Shown here: positions 1 to 8,776 of the stretch, piece by piece | Position numbering within the stretch: the stretch's first letter is position 1 | Layout of the letters: every line of letters starts with the position of its first letter | Assembly (NCBI GenBank): GCA_963668675.2 | Contig: CAXXMB010000002.1 | Span: 800,001 to 864,000 of the forward strand | Length of the DNA stretch: 64,000 bases | From: an uncultured Desulfatitalea sp. | GTDB lineage: Bacteria > Desulfobacterota > Desulfobacteria > Desulfobacterales > Desulfosarcinaceae | Reading direction: 5' to 3' | Position numbers and translations under genes: made by a program | The notes under the pieces: model-generated | What the model was told of the DNA's origin: nothing | Seen by the model: only the letters and a program-made list of their open reading frames with translations | Databases searched by the model: none

Positions 1-208
1 GGAGGGGAGCGATGATCAATGCCGGCCAGAAACCGATGACAGTTGTAATTTGGTATCCAAAGTAGGCACCGAGCATATAAAAGCTGGCGTGGGCGAAATT
101 GAGCACGCCCATCATGCTGAAAATCAGGGTGAGCCCACTGGAGAGCATGAAAAGAAGCATGCCGAGAACCAGGCTGTTCAACAGCGAATAGAGTACATAT
201 TCCAGCAT
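1..208 (-). CDS. livH: Branched-chain amino acid ABC transporter permease (LivH family), 5' part, truncated by window edge
   Basis: Manual translation from ATG at 208: MLEYVLYSLLNSLVLGMLLFMLSSGLTLIFSMMGVLNFAHASFYMLGAY; has the LivH-type GLTLIF...NFAH signature; follows the SBP gene. Confidence 0.85.
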   Translation of the reverse strand, partial: MLEYVLYSLLNSLVLGMLLFMLSSGLTLIFSMMGVLNFAHASFYMLGAYFGYQITTVIGFWPALIIAPL

Positions 209-400
209 ATTAATTACTTTCTTGGCAAAACGTGGTGAAAGGAAGGCGATGGGCCGCGGGCAGACGCCAAGGCATACCTGCCGTCCTGCGCGACAGAACT
301 GCCTTCGTGGCGGCAGTGCCTGAAACACCTAAAAGGGGCCTTGCCGGCCAATATGCGCCGGCAAGGCCTCATCTCTTTCGATTATCCTTTAAAAAAACGA

Positions 401-1675
401 CTATTTTTTGGGACGCTTCATATCACAGGGGGTCGGCCGAGCAGTAGCAGCCGCCTCGATCCGTTTAAGGGTTTTGAAGCCGACACCCGAGTTTTCAGCG
501 TCGTACTTGACGGTTCCCTCTCCCTGCTTTGCAAAGACGTGGAGGTAAAGCGGCTGAAGGAGCTGATGGTCTTTGGCTCTCATCGTCACCTTGCCGTACG
601 GTGTTTCATACTCCATGCCCTCCAAGGCGTAGGCGATGTCTTTGGCGTTGGCACTGCCGGCCTTGTTGATGGCCGCGGCCAGCATGTTCATCGTGGTTCC
701 GATTCGGCCGTAGTAATACGGGACCGCACCGTCGTTTGAATACTTTTTCTGGTAGCCCAGGAAAAAGGCTTCATCTTCCTTGTTGTTCTCTTCCACGCTA
801 AGGTTGAGATGCCACTCGATCACTGAGATCACCTTGCCGATGCCCGCCTCTCCGATGGCCGCTGCGGCTCCCAGGCCACTGCCGTAAAAGGTGTAGAATT
901 GGGCATCGAGACCGGCATCCTTACCCGCCTTGACGAGCAGGGACATGTCCGCCCCCCAGTTTCCCGTGATGATCGCCTGGGCACCCGAGGCCTGAATCTT
1001 GGCAACATAGGGAGAGAAGTCTTTGACCTTTCCAAGCGGGGTGAAGGTGTCGCCGACAATCTCGATATCCGGGCGTTTCTCCCCCAACATCTGCTTGGCT
1101 GCAGCGCTGACGGCATGGCCGAAGACATAGTCCTGGTTGATCAGGTAGACCTTTGTAATTTCCGGTCTCTCTTTGATGTAATCGGTGATGGCGGCAATCT
1201 TCATGTCCACATGGGCATCGAAGCGGAAATGCCAGAAGCTGCACTTCTCTTCGGTAAAGGCGGGCGTAACGGCCGCATAGTTGAGAAAAATCAACTGCTT
1301 GTCGGGATTGCGTTTGTTGTGCTTGTCCACCGCTTCGATCAAAGCGCCGGCCACACTCGAACCGTTGCCCTGGGTGACGATCCGGATGCCCTGGTCAATA
1401 GCTCTCTTGAGCTGAATGAGGGCCTCTTTGGCGCTCACTTTGTCGTCGAAGGGGACGATCTCCAATTGCCTGCCGCCGAGAACCCCGCCCTTGGCATTGA
1501 TCAATTCGGCGTTGTACTGAAAATGTTTATAGCCGGCGTCCCCCACGCCTGCAAAGGCGCCAGACAATGGATCGATGTACCCGATTTTGATCGTATCCGC
1601 AGCCATGGCCGGCGCAATCATCATTGTCAAAAAGGCGATGCTCATCAGTATGGAAAACAACACTCTTCTCTTCAT
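401..1675 (-). CDS. Branched-chain amino acid ABC transporter substrate-binding protein (LivJ/K family)
   Basis: Signal peptide (..APAMA/AD), IKIGYIDPLSG, INAKGGVLG, DFSPYVAKI motifs; RBS GGAGGAGAGG upstream. Confidence 0.9.
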   Translation of the reverse strand: MKRRVLFSILMSIAFLTMMIAPAMAADTIKIGYIDPLSGAFAGVGDAGYKHFQYNAELINAKGGVLGGRQLEIVPFDDKVSAKEALIQLKRAIDQGIRIVTQGNGSSVAGALIEAVDKHNKRNPDKQLIFLNYAAVTPAFTEEKCSFWHFRFDAHVDMKIAAITDYIKERPEITKVYLINQDYVFGHAVSAAAKQMLGEKRPDIEIVGDTFTPLGKVKDFSPYVAKIQASGAQAIITGNWGADMSLLVKAGKDAGLDAQFYTFYGSGLGAAAAIGEAGIGKVISVIEWHLNLSVEENNKEDEAFFLGYQKKYSNDGAVPYYYGRIGTTMNMLAAAINKAGSANAKDIAYALEGMEYETPYGKVTMRAKDHQLLQPLYLHVFAKQGEGTVKYDAENSGVGFKTLKRIEAAATARPTPCDMKRPKK

Positions 1676-2163
1676 AAATCCTCTCCTCCTTTTGTCTGGC
1701 TATCATTGGTAAGATGAATTTCCATTGAAATGGGCGAGCTATCACGGTGATCGGTTCGTGCCTGTCGAAGGCAGATTGCCGGAAAGGGCAAGCGTAATGA
1801 AATCGATCAGCCGGTGTTCGCGGTTGATCCACCTCCTTTCAGATTCAGATCCCCAATTGCGTCTTCAACACACAACCCAGGATGATTGCCACACCATATC
1901 CGGCATATGAAAATTTCGGTCTTTTCGTCGGTAGTTTGACGAGCTCAAACATATCCCCTTTTTTTGTCTAAACCACAATTGCCGCTTATTTACAAGTCAA
2001 ATTTCTGATTGGCATTCATTCTAAAAATAATATACTCTACTGATATTATGAGTTAAAATTCATAACGATGGCGGACCTGGAGACTCTCGGAAGTGCCTTT
2101 TTGACAAAAAGTTAGTAAATGTACCAAAAATGGCATAGGGAATACCCTATATCAATTCGCAGG

Positions 2164-3948
2164 TCAGCCGAAGGACCCAACCACGCCTTTCGTCGTTCCC
2201 ACCTTAAGGTCGACCATGCCATTTTCGCTGATTCTGAAAAAAGGGATCGCCGCCCCCGTCAAGGTTGCCAAAGTGAGCAGCGGATCGGGCAAGGTGACCC
2301 CGAGACGTTTCAGCGCGCCGGCAATGGCGGCCAACCTTTCGGCCAAATCCGGCATGGGGAGATCTGAAATGATGCCCAGTGCAGGCATCGCCAACTCTTC
2401 GAGCACCTCACCCCCTCGGCAGACCACCACACCGCCTTGCATCTCATGCACGCGGTTGATGCACATCGCCATATCCGCCTCATCGGCCCCCACCACGATC
2501 AGGTTGGCAGTATCCCAGGCCGCACTGCCGCCGACGGCGCCGCTGGACAGGTTGAAGCCGCGGATGAAACCGGTGAACATCCGGCAGGGTGTTTCGTTTC
2601 GATCGATGGCGGCCACCTTGTTCAAACCGCGCGAGGGGTCACAGGCAATCCGTCCGTCACGTATGGGCAACGAGACCTTCTGTTCGCGGGTAACCAGATC
2701 GGTGACCATCTCAATGACAGACACCTCGGCCAGCCGGTCCCGGCCTTCAACACGGACAGTGAAATCCTCCGGCCGCAACGCCTGTTGAAAGGCGATCGTG
2801 CTGCGGCTTGCCTGGGTGAAAACATGCCGCCGTGCCGGTGCAACCATCTTCCCTTCAGCGGCCACCACCCGTCCGTTGCTGATCACCACATCGGCGCAAA
2901 TTTTCCCGAGATCGGGGATGACGACCAGATCGGCGTAGCGCCCCGGCGCCACACCGCCCACCAGATGATCGATATTGAAGTGTTCGGCCACATTGAGGGT
3001 CGTCATCTGGATGGCTTCGATGGGGTCGAAACCGTAATCGATGGCCTTTTGAACCAGCCGCTCCATATAGCCCTCTTCGAGCAAGGTCTTGGGGTCCACG
3101 CCGTCCGACGCAATGGTGAGGCGGCGCAAGTCCACGCCCCTCTCGCGAACTTCGGCAATGGTTTTCAAATCACGCCGGACATTTCCCTCCCGCGCCATGA
3201 CGTGAATGCCGAGCCGCATCCTTGCCATCACCTCATCTGCGGTGATCGGTTCGTGACACGATGTGATGCCAAGAGCTGCATAGGCGGCCAACTTCTCATC
3301 CCTGGCGCCGGCCGAATGGCCCTCAATCTTCTTGCCGGCAACCAGAGTGGCCTGCATGCTCGGCAAAATGGCTTCCGGATCCTGGAATACACCCTGCCAG
3401 TAGGACTCGCCCAAACCGAGAATCTCCTCCCGGGCAAGCAGCCGTTTCAAATCGTCTGCGTCGATGCCCAGCAGATGGCGGCTGATCGAGACCATGGGCG
3501 GCACTGTGGCAAAAAGCTTGATCGGCTGTTCGGCCAGGGAGTCCAAAAAATCGACGAATCCGTGATATCCCCCCACGGCATAGGGTTCGAAGGCTTCGGT
3601 CACCACGGTGGTGGTGCCTCCCGGAACCGCATACGTCAAAAATTCGGCAATACTGAAAAAAAGGGCCAGGTGGGTGTGGCCGTCGATAAGCCCCGGTATC
3701 ACGAACCTGCCGGCGGCATCGATCACCTCGGTGCGGGGGCCGATCATCTCCTCGCGCCGGGGGCCCACATAGGCAATCCATTTGCTGATGGTCACAATGG
3801 AGTGATCCGGCTGAATTTCACCGGTATATACATTGACGAGATTAGCATTCACCACTGCCAACTCACCAGCTTGATGGCCCAGGGCGACCTGCATCAGTTC
3901 GTGGCCGTCTCTTTCAGCTAAATCGGTAATCGGCTTATTGCTCGACAT
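2164..3948 (-). CDS. Adenine deaminase family amidohydrolase (AdeC-like, divergent)
   Basis: PGLIDGHTH, GTTTVV, EGH, CHE, SD metal-ligand motifs; APGRYADLV; AdeC-like C-terminal domain; 594 aa. Confidence 0.85.
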   Translation of the reverse strand: MSSNKPITDLAERDGHELMQVALGHQAGELAVVNANLVNVYTGEIQPDHSIVTISKWIAYVGPRREEMIGPRTEVIDAAGRFVIPGLIDGHTHLALFFSIAEFLTYAVPGGTTTVVTEAFEPYAVGGYHGFVDFLDSLAEQPIKLFATVPPMVSISRHLLGIDADDLKRLLAREEILGLGESYWQGVFQDPEAILPSMQATLVAGKKIEGHSAGARDEKLAAYAALGITSCHEPITADEVMARMRLGIHVMAREGNVRRDLKTIAEVRERGVDLRRLTIASDGVDPKTLLEEGYMERLVQKAIDYGFDPIEAIQMTTLNVAEHFNIDHLVGGVAPGRYADLVVIPDLGKICADVVISNGRVVAAEGKMVAPARRHVFTQASRSTIAFQQALRPEDFTVRVEGRDRLAEVSVIEMVTDLVTREQKVSLPIRDGRIACDPSRGLNKVAAIDRNETPCRMFTGFIRGFNLSSGAVGGSAAWDTANLIVVGADEADMAMCINRVHEMQGGVVVCRGGEVLEELAMPALGIISDLPMPDLAERLAAIAGALKRLGVTLPDPLLTLATLTGAAIPFFRISENGMVDLKVGTTKGVVGSFG

Positions 3949-4087
3949 AAGCTCCTTCTATTCGGTATCGGTAAAGGCTTGGCATTTTGTTCGACTATTC
4001 TAACAAGAGCGTCGACATCGGTAAACCCAAAATCGTCAATATGCGCAGACGATGTTCGGCAGCGCCAAACAAACAACTGGTTACAGA

Positions 4088-4116
4088 TTGACACATTCTC
4101 GCTGTTCTGTCATAGT
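4088..4116 (+). promoter_or_regulatory. Putative sigma70 promoter for the MaoC-family gene
   Basis: TTGACA-17 nt-CATAGT about 105 bp upstream of ATG 4221. Confidence 0.5.
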
Positions 4117-4220
4117 TTTAGACTTCAATTCGCTTGTGCAACATGGGTGACCGCCTGTTCAGGCCACCCTTCAACCGCTTTCCAAAACCGGACAGTATCG
4201 AAACAGAAAGGCAACGCCCC

Positions 4221-4685
4221 ATGTCCAAAATCGAATTCAAGTCACTGGATGAGTTACGCCAAAAGATTGGCCAGGAGATTGCGGTCGGCGACTGGCTGAC
4301 CGTTACCCAGGAGCAGATCAATCTCTTTGCCGAAGCCACTGGTGATTACCAATGGATCCATCTGGATGAAAAACGCGCTGCTGCCGAATCCCCTTACGGC
4401 ACCACCATCGCCCACGGCTTTCTTACATTGTCTCTCATTCCCCGTATCATGGGAGAGACGATCAAGCTGCCGCCAGCGAAGATGACCGTCAATTACGGCC
4501 TCAACCGTGTGCGTTTCGCTGCACCGGTTCCCGCAGGAAAGCGTGTTCGGCCCCATCTGACACTACTGGGCGTCGAAGAGGTCACCGGCGGCTATCAATT
4601 TAGCTGGAAGGTGGTCATAGAAGTGGAAGGCAACGAAAAACCAGCCTGCATCGCAGAAACCCTCTCAAGGCAGTATACGGCATAA
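4221..4685 (+). CDS. MaoC/NodN family (R)-specific enoyl-CoA hydratase/dehydratase
   Basis: FAEATGDYQWIHLD hydratase-2 motif, TIAHGFLTLS, NYGLNRVRF; start placed at MSKIEF. Confidence 0.9.
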   Translation: MSKIEFKSLDELRQKIGQEIAVGDWLTVTQEQINLFAEATGDYQWIHLDEKRAAAESPYGTTIAHGFLTLSLIPRIMGETIKLPPAKMTVNYGLNRVRFAAPVPAGKRVRPHLTLLGVEEVTGGYQFSWKVVIEVEGNEKPACIAETLSRQYTA

Positions 4686-4850
4686 CGCTTCACAGCACGG
4701 ATCAAACATCACGACAACAGCTCATCTTCGGATCTGCCGTGATGCCGCTTTAGGCAGAAGAGATTTTTGGCCACGCCTCGTGCCTTGCGGCTGGATGAAA
4801 GAGAGCGGGACACCGTCTAAGCGATTAAAAACGTAAAATGGAGATAAATC

Positions 4851-5834
4851 ATGAAGGCATTGTTGTGCGATGCATTCGGCCCGATAGAAAACCTCACCGT
4901 AAGAGAGACCGAGCCCCCCAAACCCGATGAAAACCAGGTCCTCATCGATGTCAAATGCGCATCACTCAACTATCCGGATGCACTGACGGTTCAGGGACGC
5001 TACCAGATTAAGCCACCCCACCCCTTCAGCCCTGGAATGGACCTGGCTGGCGTGGTTATTGAGACGGGAAGCAATGTCGACCATGTGTCCAAAGGAGACC
5101 GGGTGGTCGCCTTCCCCGGCTATGGCGCATTTGCAGAGGCTTGCGTGGCATCAAAGGGGAAAGTCTCGCCCCTGCCGGACGGCATGCCGTTTCACATCGG
5201 CGCCGCCTGCGGCCTGACATACGCCACGGTGGTCCATGCGTTCCTGAACCGTACAAGGGTTCAACAGGGTGAAACGGTACTGGTGCTCGGCGCCTCGGGT
5301 GGCGTCGGAACTGCGGCTATCGAGGTGGCCAAGGCACTGGACGCCCAGGTGATTGCCGCGGCATCGGATGCCGAAAAACTCGCCCTGTGCACCAAACTGG
5401 GAGCCGACATGACCATCGACTACAACAGCGAAGATCTACGCAAACGTACCCTGGCGTTGACCGGCGGCAAGGGCGTGGATGTGGTTTTCGACCCGGTGGG
5501 CGGAGATTTCAGCCTGGCGGCACTGCGTGCCATGGCCTGGGGAGGACGCCTGCTGGTCGTCGGCTTTGCCGCCGGAGATATTCCCAAAATCCCACTCAAC
5601 TATGCCCTGCTCAGCGAACGCTCCATTATCGGGGTCTTTTGGGGCTCCTGGGCAGATCACTACCCGGAAGACCATCAACGTAACATGGCGCAGCTGGCCA
5701 AGTGGTACGCCGAAGGCAAGATCAATCCGTTGATCGACGATGTTGTAACGCTGGACCAGGTGCCCGATGCCATGCAGCGCTTCATGGATCGAAAGGTCAA
5801 AGGCAAAGTGGTCGTTCAGGTTCAGAAGACGTGA
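4851..5834 (+). CDS. NADPH:quinone oxidoreductase family (MDR/zeta-crystallin) protein
   Basis: LNYPD..GRYQ, GASGGVG nucleotide-binding motif, GVDVVFDPVGG, GKVVV. Confidence 0.9.
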   Translation: MKALLCDAFGPIENLTVRETEPPKPDENQVLIDVKCASLNYPDALTVQGRYQIKPPHPFSPGMDLAGVVIETGSNVDHVSKGDRVVAFPGYGAFAEACVASKGKVSPLPDGMPFHIGAACGLTYATVVHAFLNRTRVQQGETVLVLGASGGVGTAAIEVAKALDAQVIAAASDAEKLALCTKLGADMTIDYNSEDLRKRTLALTGGKGVDVVFDPVGGDFSLAALRAMAWGGRLLVVGFAAGDIPKIPLNYALLSERSIIGVFWGSWADHYPEDHQRNMAQLAKWYAEGKINPLIDDVVTLDQVPDAMQRFMDRKVKGKVVVQVQKT

Positions 5835-5899
5835 AAGAGAACTCCCCCTGTAAGGAATCAGTCCTATTATTCAACCGGCAATTAAACAGGCCATCCTTC

Positions 5900-5989
5900 G
5901 TCATCCCGGCCCCCGGATCGCAGCCCGGGGCAAGCTTTTGTGATCCGGGATCCAGCAACCACCTGGATCGATGCTTTCGCAGGAATGAC
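5900..5989. repeat. REP/RPE-like palindromic element (GTCAT...GGAATGAC type)
   Basis: GTCATCCCGG...GGATCCAG..CTGGATC...CGCAGGAATGAC; ends resemble the inner palindromes at 8353-8467 and ~32256-32320; imperfect outer IR (CCGGCAA/TTGCCGG). Confidence 0.7.
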
Positions 5990-6074
5990 TTTTGCCTTGG
6001 CTTTTTGTTGCCGGGTTAATAGAAAAAACATCTGATGGCATATATCAGCCCAAACATTTAAGACGGAGATATCT

Positions 6075-7847
6075 ATGGAGAAAAAAATCCGGCGCATCAT
6101 CGAAGAGAAGCTATCCATCCCCGTGGTCGAAGGAGAAGACAAGCGCTGCACGCCCAAAGAGGCGATTGAGAGGCATATTGACAAACATATGACCCTGAGC
6201 CTTACCGCCGGCGTCGGCACACTGGCCTACCAACTGGTGCGATCGTTCTGGGACAAGGCGCCGGAGTTCACCGTGATCACCCCCTCGCTTAATCTTCATC
6301 TGGTGGCGATCGTCAGAAAGCGCATTGCCAAAAAGATTCTGACCAGTTTTGCCGGTATCAACTACCCCAGCCCGCGCCCCTGCCCGGTGGTTCAAAACGC
6401 TTATGGGGCCGGAACCATCGATCTTGAGAGTTGGACCATGCGGACCATCCCCCAACGACTGCTGGCCGGCGCCTTGGGCATGGATTTCATCCCCACTCGT
6501 TCGCTTATCGGCAGCACCATGGCTGAAGAGAACCGGGAGTCGTTCCAGGTCATGGACAACCCCTTCAGCAAAGAGGGGCAGATCGGACTGCTGCGCGCTT
6601 TAGAGCCGGATGTGACCCTGATTCATGGCGCCGTGGCCGACCGCAGCGGCAACACGATTTTGACCTATCCCCTGTCAGGAGATGCCTACGGCGCCTGGGC
6701 TGCCAGGAAGGGGGTTATCGTCAGTGTCGAAAAGATCGTCTCCACTGAGTACATTCGCAAACACGCCCACATGGTGCGGATTCCCGCCTATTCGGTACTC
6801 GCCGTCTGTGAAACGCCCTTCGGTTCTCATCCCCTCGGCGTAATGGAGCATGGTCTGCCGGACTTTGATCCCTACTTTCCAGACTACGACTTCATGACAG
6901 AAACCAACAACGCCACCAAGGACGACGCCGACTTTGACCGGTGGATTCAGGAGTGGATCCTGGACGTGCGCGATCACGATGACTACCTCTCCCGATTGGG
7001 CAACGAACGCATGCTCTACCTCAAAGGCAAAGCTGCCCCGGATGCATGGTTGCCGGAAACCATGACCGAATCCGCCAGTGTCGACTTTGCCAAGCCGCCC
7101 AACGCCCTGGAGCGCATGGTCATTGCAGCCGCACAGATGATCGCCGAACGATGCGTCGACAAAGGATTCAAAAACATACTGGCCGGCATCGGCCTCTCCA
7201 ATCTCTCTGCCTGGCTGGCCGCTTACGCATTGAAAGACGGCCCCAACGAGGTGGACCTGATGGCCGAAATCGGAATGTACGGCTACCTGCCGCGCACCTC
7301 CGATCCCGCCGTATTCAGTTTGCACAACATGCATACCTGCAAGATGCTCTCTAACATCGAAACGGTACTGGGCTTCAACGTCGGCGGTGCGACCAACCAG
7401 TGCCTGGGCGTGCTGGGCGCCGGTATGATCGACCCCTACGGCAACGCCAACTCGACCAAGATTTCAGACAAAGTATACCTGGTCGGCTCTGGCGGCGCCA
7501 ACGACATCGCCACCGCCAACAAAGAGTCCCTGGTGGTGATGAACGCCGGCAAGCACCGAATGCTGCCTGAGCTTCCCTATATCACCTACCCCGGCAAGAA
7601 AGTGCGCACCGTGGTGACCGATGTGGGGGTGTTCGAAAAGATCGATGGCAATGAGACCCTGACCCTCACCGCCTATCTGCCTGAGAAGGCGTCCGACACC
7701 GAAGCGGCATGCGTGGAGAAAGCCAAATCCGTCGTCGATTGGGATCTCTCCATTGCGCCTTCGTTAAGACGCCTGCCACTGGCCAACGAAGAGGATCTGA
7801 CCTTGCTGCGCCTCTTCGATCCACGGGGGTATTATATCGGAACCTGA
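6075..7847 (+). CDS. Family I CoA-transferase, fused alpha+beta subunits (glutaconate CoA-transferase-like)
   Basis: N-half PDVTLIHGAVADRSGN...SVEKIV; C-half LAGIG, AEIG (catalytic Glu position), IDPYGNANS, GSGGANDIA, VVTDVGVF. Confidence 0.85.
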   Translation: MEKKIRRIIEEKLSIPVVEGEDKRCTPKEAIERHIDKHMTLSLTAGVGTLAYQLVRSFWDKAPEFTVITPSLNLHLVAIVRKRIAKKILTSFAGINYPSPRPCPVVQNAYGAGTIDLESWTMRTIPQRLLAGALGMDFIPTRSLIGSTMAEENRESFQVMDNPFSKEGQIGLLRALEPDVTLIHGAVADRSGNTILTYPLSGDAYGAWAARKGVIVSVEKIVSTEYIRKHAHMVRIPAYSVLAVCETPFGSHPLGVMEHGLPDFDPYFPDYDFMTETNNATKDDADFDRWIQEWILDVRDHDDYLSRLGNERMLYLKGKAAPDAWLPETMTESASVDFAKPPNALERMVIAAAQMIAERCVDKGFKNILAGIGLSNLSAWLAAYALKDGPNEVDLMAEIGMYGYLPRTSDPAVFSLHNMHTCKMLSNIETVLGFNVGGATNQCLGVLGAGMIDPYGNANSTKISDKVYLVGSGGANDIATANKESLVVMNAGKHRMLPELPYITYPGKKVRTVVTDVGVFEKIDGNETLTLTAYLPEKASDTEAACVEKAKSVVDWDLSIAPSLRRLPLANEEDLTLLRLFDPRGYYIGT

Positions 7848-7875
7848 GCGGAAATAGCTTGGGGAAGGAGGAAAG

Positions 7876-8280
7876 ATGGCAACGCTGCATGAGCATATTC
7901 AATCTTCGGAGCGAAACGGCAACATATCCTTTACGATCGAGGAGAGAAGCAGTGAGTGCGTGGTGAGCCGCATGCCGGTTCAAAAGGGCATCCTGAATCC
8001 CTTCGGCGTGGTGCAAGCCGGGGCCATGATCTGGCTGGCCGATGTGACCGCCTCTGTTCTGGTCCTGGAGGCCCACTCGGTCGAAGCGTCCGGCAAAGGG
8101 TTTCCCCTGGCCATCGATCTGCACACATCGCTGTTTGGCAACCAGAAGGACGGTGAAATCAAAGCCGAAGCCCGCTTCGTAAAACGGGGAAGCAAAGTGT
8201 CGGTGGTGCGAACACGCCTGCTGGGCAACGGAGACAAGCTATTGGCCGAAATGACAAGCACACATGTTCCGGCAGGATAG
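7876..8280 (+). CDS. PaaI family hotdog-fold thioesterase
   Basis: LNPFGVVQAGAMIWLAD motif (Q in place of the usual H); RBS AAGGAGG. Confidence 0.85.
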   Translation: MATLHEHIQSSERNGNISFTIEERSSECVVSRMPVQKGILNPFGVVQAGAMIWLADVTASVLVLEAHSVEASGKGFPLAIDLHTSLFGNQKDGEIKAEARFVKRGSKVSVVRTRLLGNGDKLLAEMTSTHVPAG

Positions 8281-8323
8281 AATAACAGACAAGATGCCTT
8301 CACTTTATACTTAAAACTCAACT

Positions 8324-8506
8324 TTGATGGATTCGTAAAAAGTCGTTCGCACGTCATGCCGGACTTGATAAGCCTGCCCTGGACCTGATCCAAGGGCATC
8401 CAGAAACCATTGAAAAAACTTGATAGCGCCAAGGCTTCACTGCGTGCCCGGCTTTCGCCGGAATGACAGGAAAAGTATTGTTTGGGACTTTTTCCGAGGG
8501 CATCAA
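8324..8506. mobile_element. MITE-like non-autonomous element with imperfect 21-bp terminal IRs enclosing a REP-like palindrome
   Basis: TTGATGGATTCGTAAAAAGTC ... GACTTTTTCCGAGGGCATCAA (17/21 paired); inner GTCATGCCGG...CCGGAATGAC; related copy at 32219-32348. Confidence 0.65.
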
Positions 8507-8536
8507 CTTTCGGGTTTCGCGATATTTACATACGGA

Positions 8537-8716
8537 GGTGAGCCCAGTGGTTGGTCTGCACCTCTTCAGCATTGCATTTTAGTGTCGCTTAGCGGCAGTG
8601 GAGGATCAGCGGCCCGGACTGTCTGAGCGCCAGCGAGTTTCCGGGCCGCCCGGAACTGCAGCTTAGCGACACTTAAATGCGTTTGCGTGAGGTGCAGACC
8701 AACCACTGGGCTCACC
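8537..8716. repeat. 180-bp long hairpin element, copy 1
   Basis: Perfect 28-bp IR GGTGAGCCCAGTGGTTGGTCTGCACCTC (8537-8564 / 8689-8716) with nested inner stems and core TGTCTGAGCGCCAGCGAGTTT. Confidence 0.85.
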
Positions 8717-8776
8717 GGCGCTTACCCCCAAAAGTTGAGTCAAAACTCATAACTTCTGCCGCATCCGTTTCGTCTG

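Noticed and set aside
2437..3921. Long antisense ORFs here and at 8798-10195, 11899-13146, 35540-36790, 43268-44776
   Set aside because: Fully overlap well-supported genes on the other strand; typical of GC-rich coding DNA.
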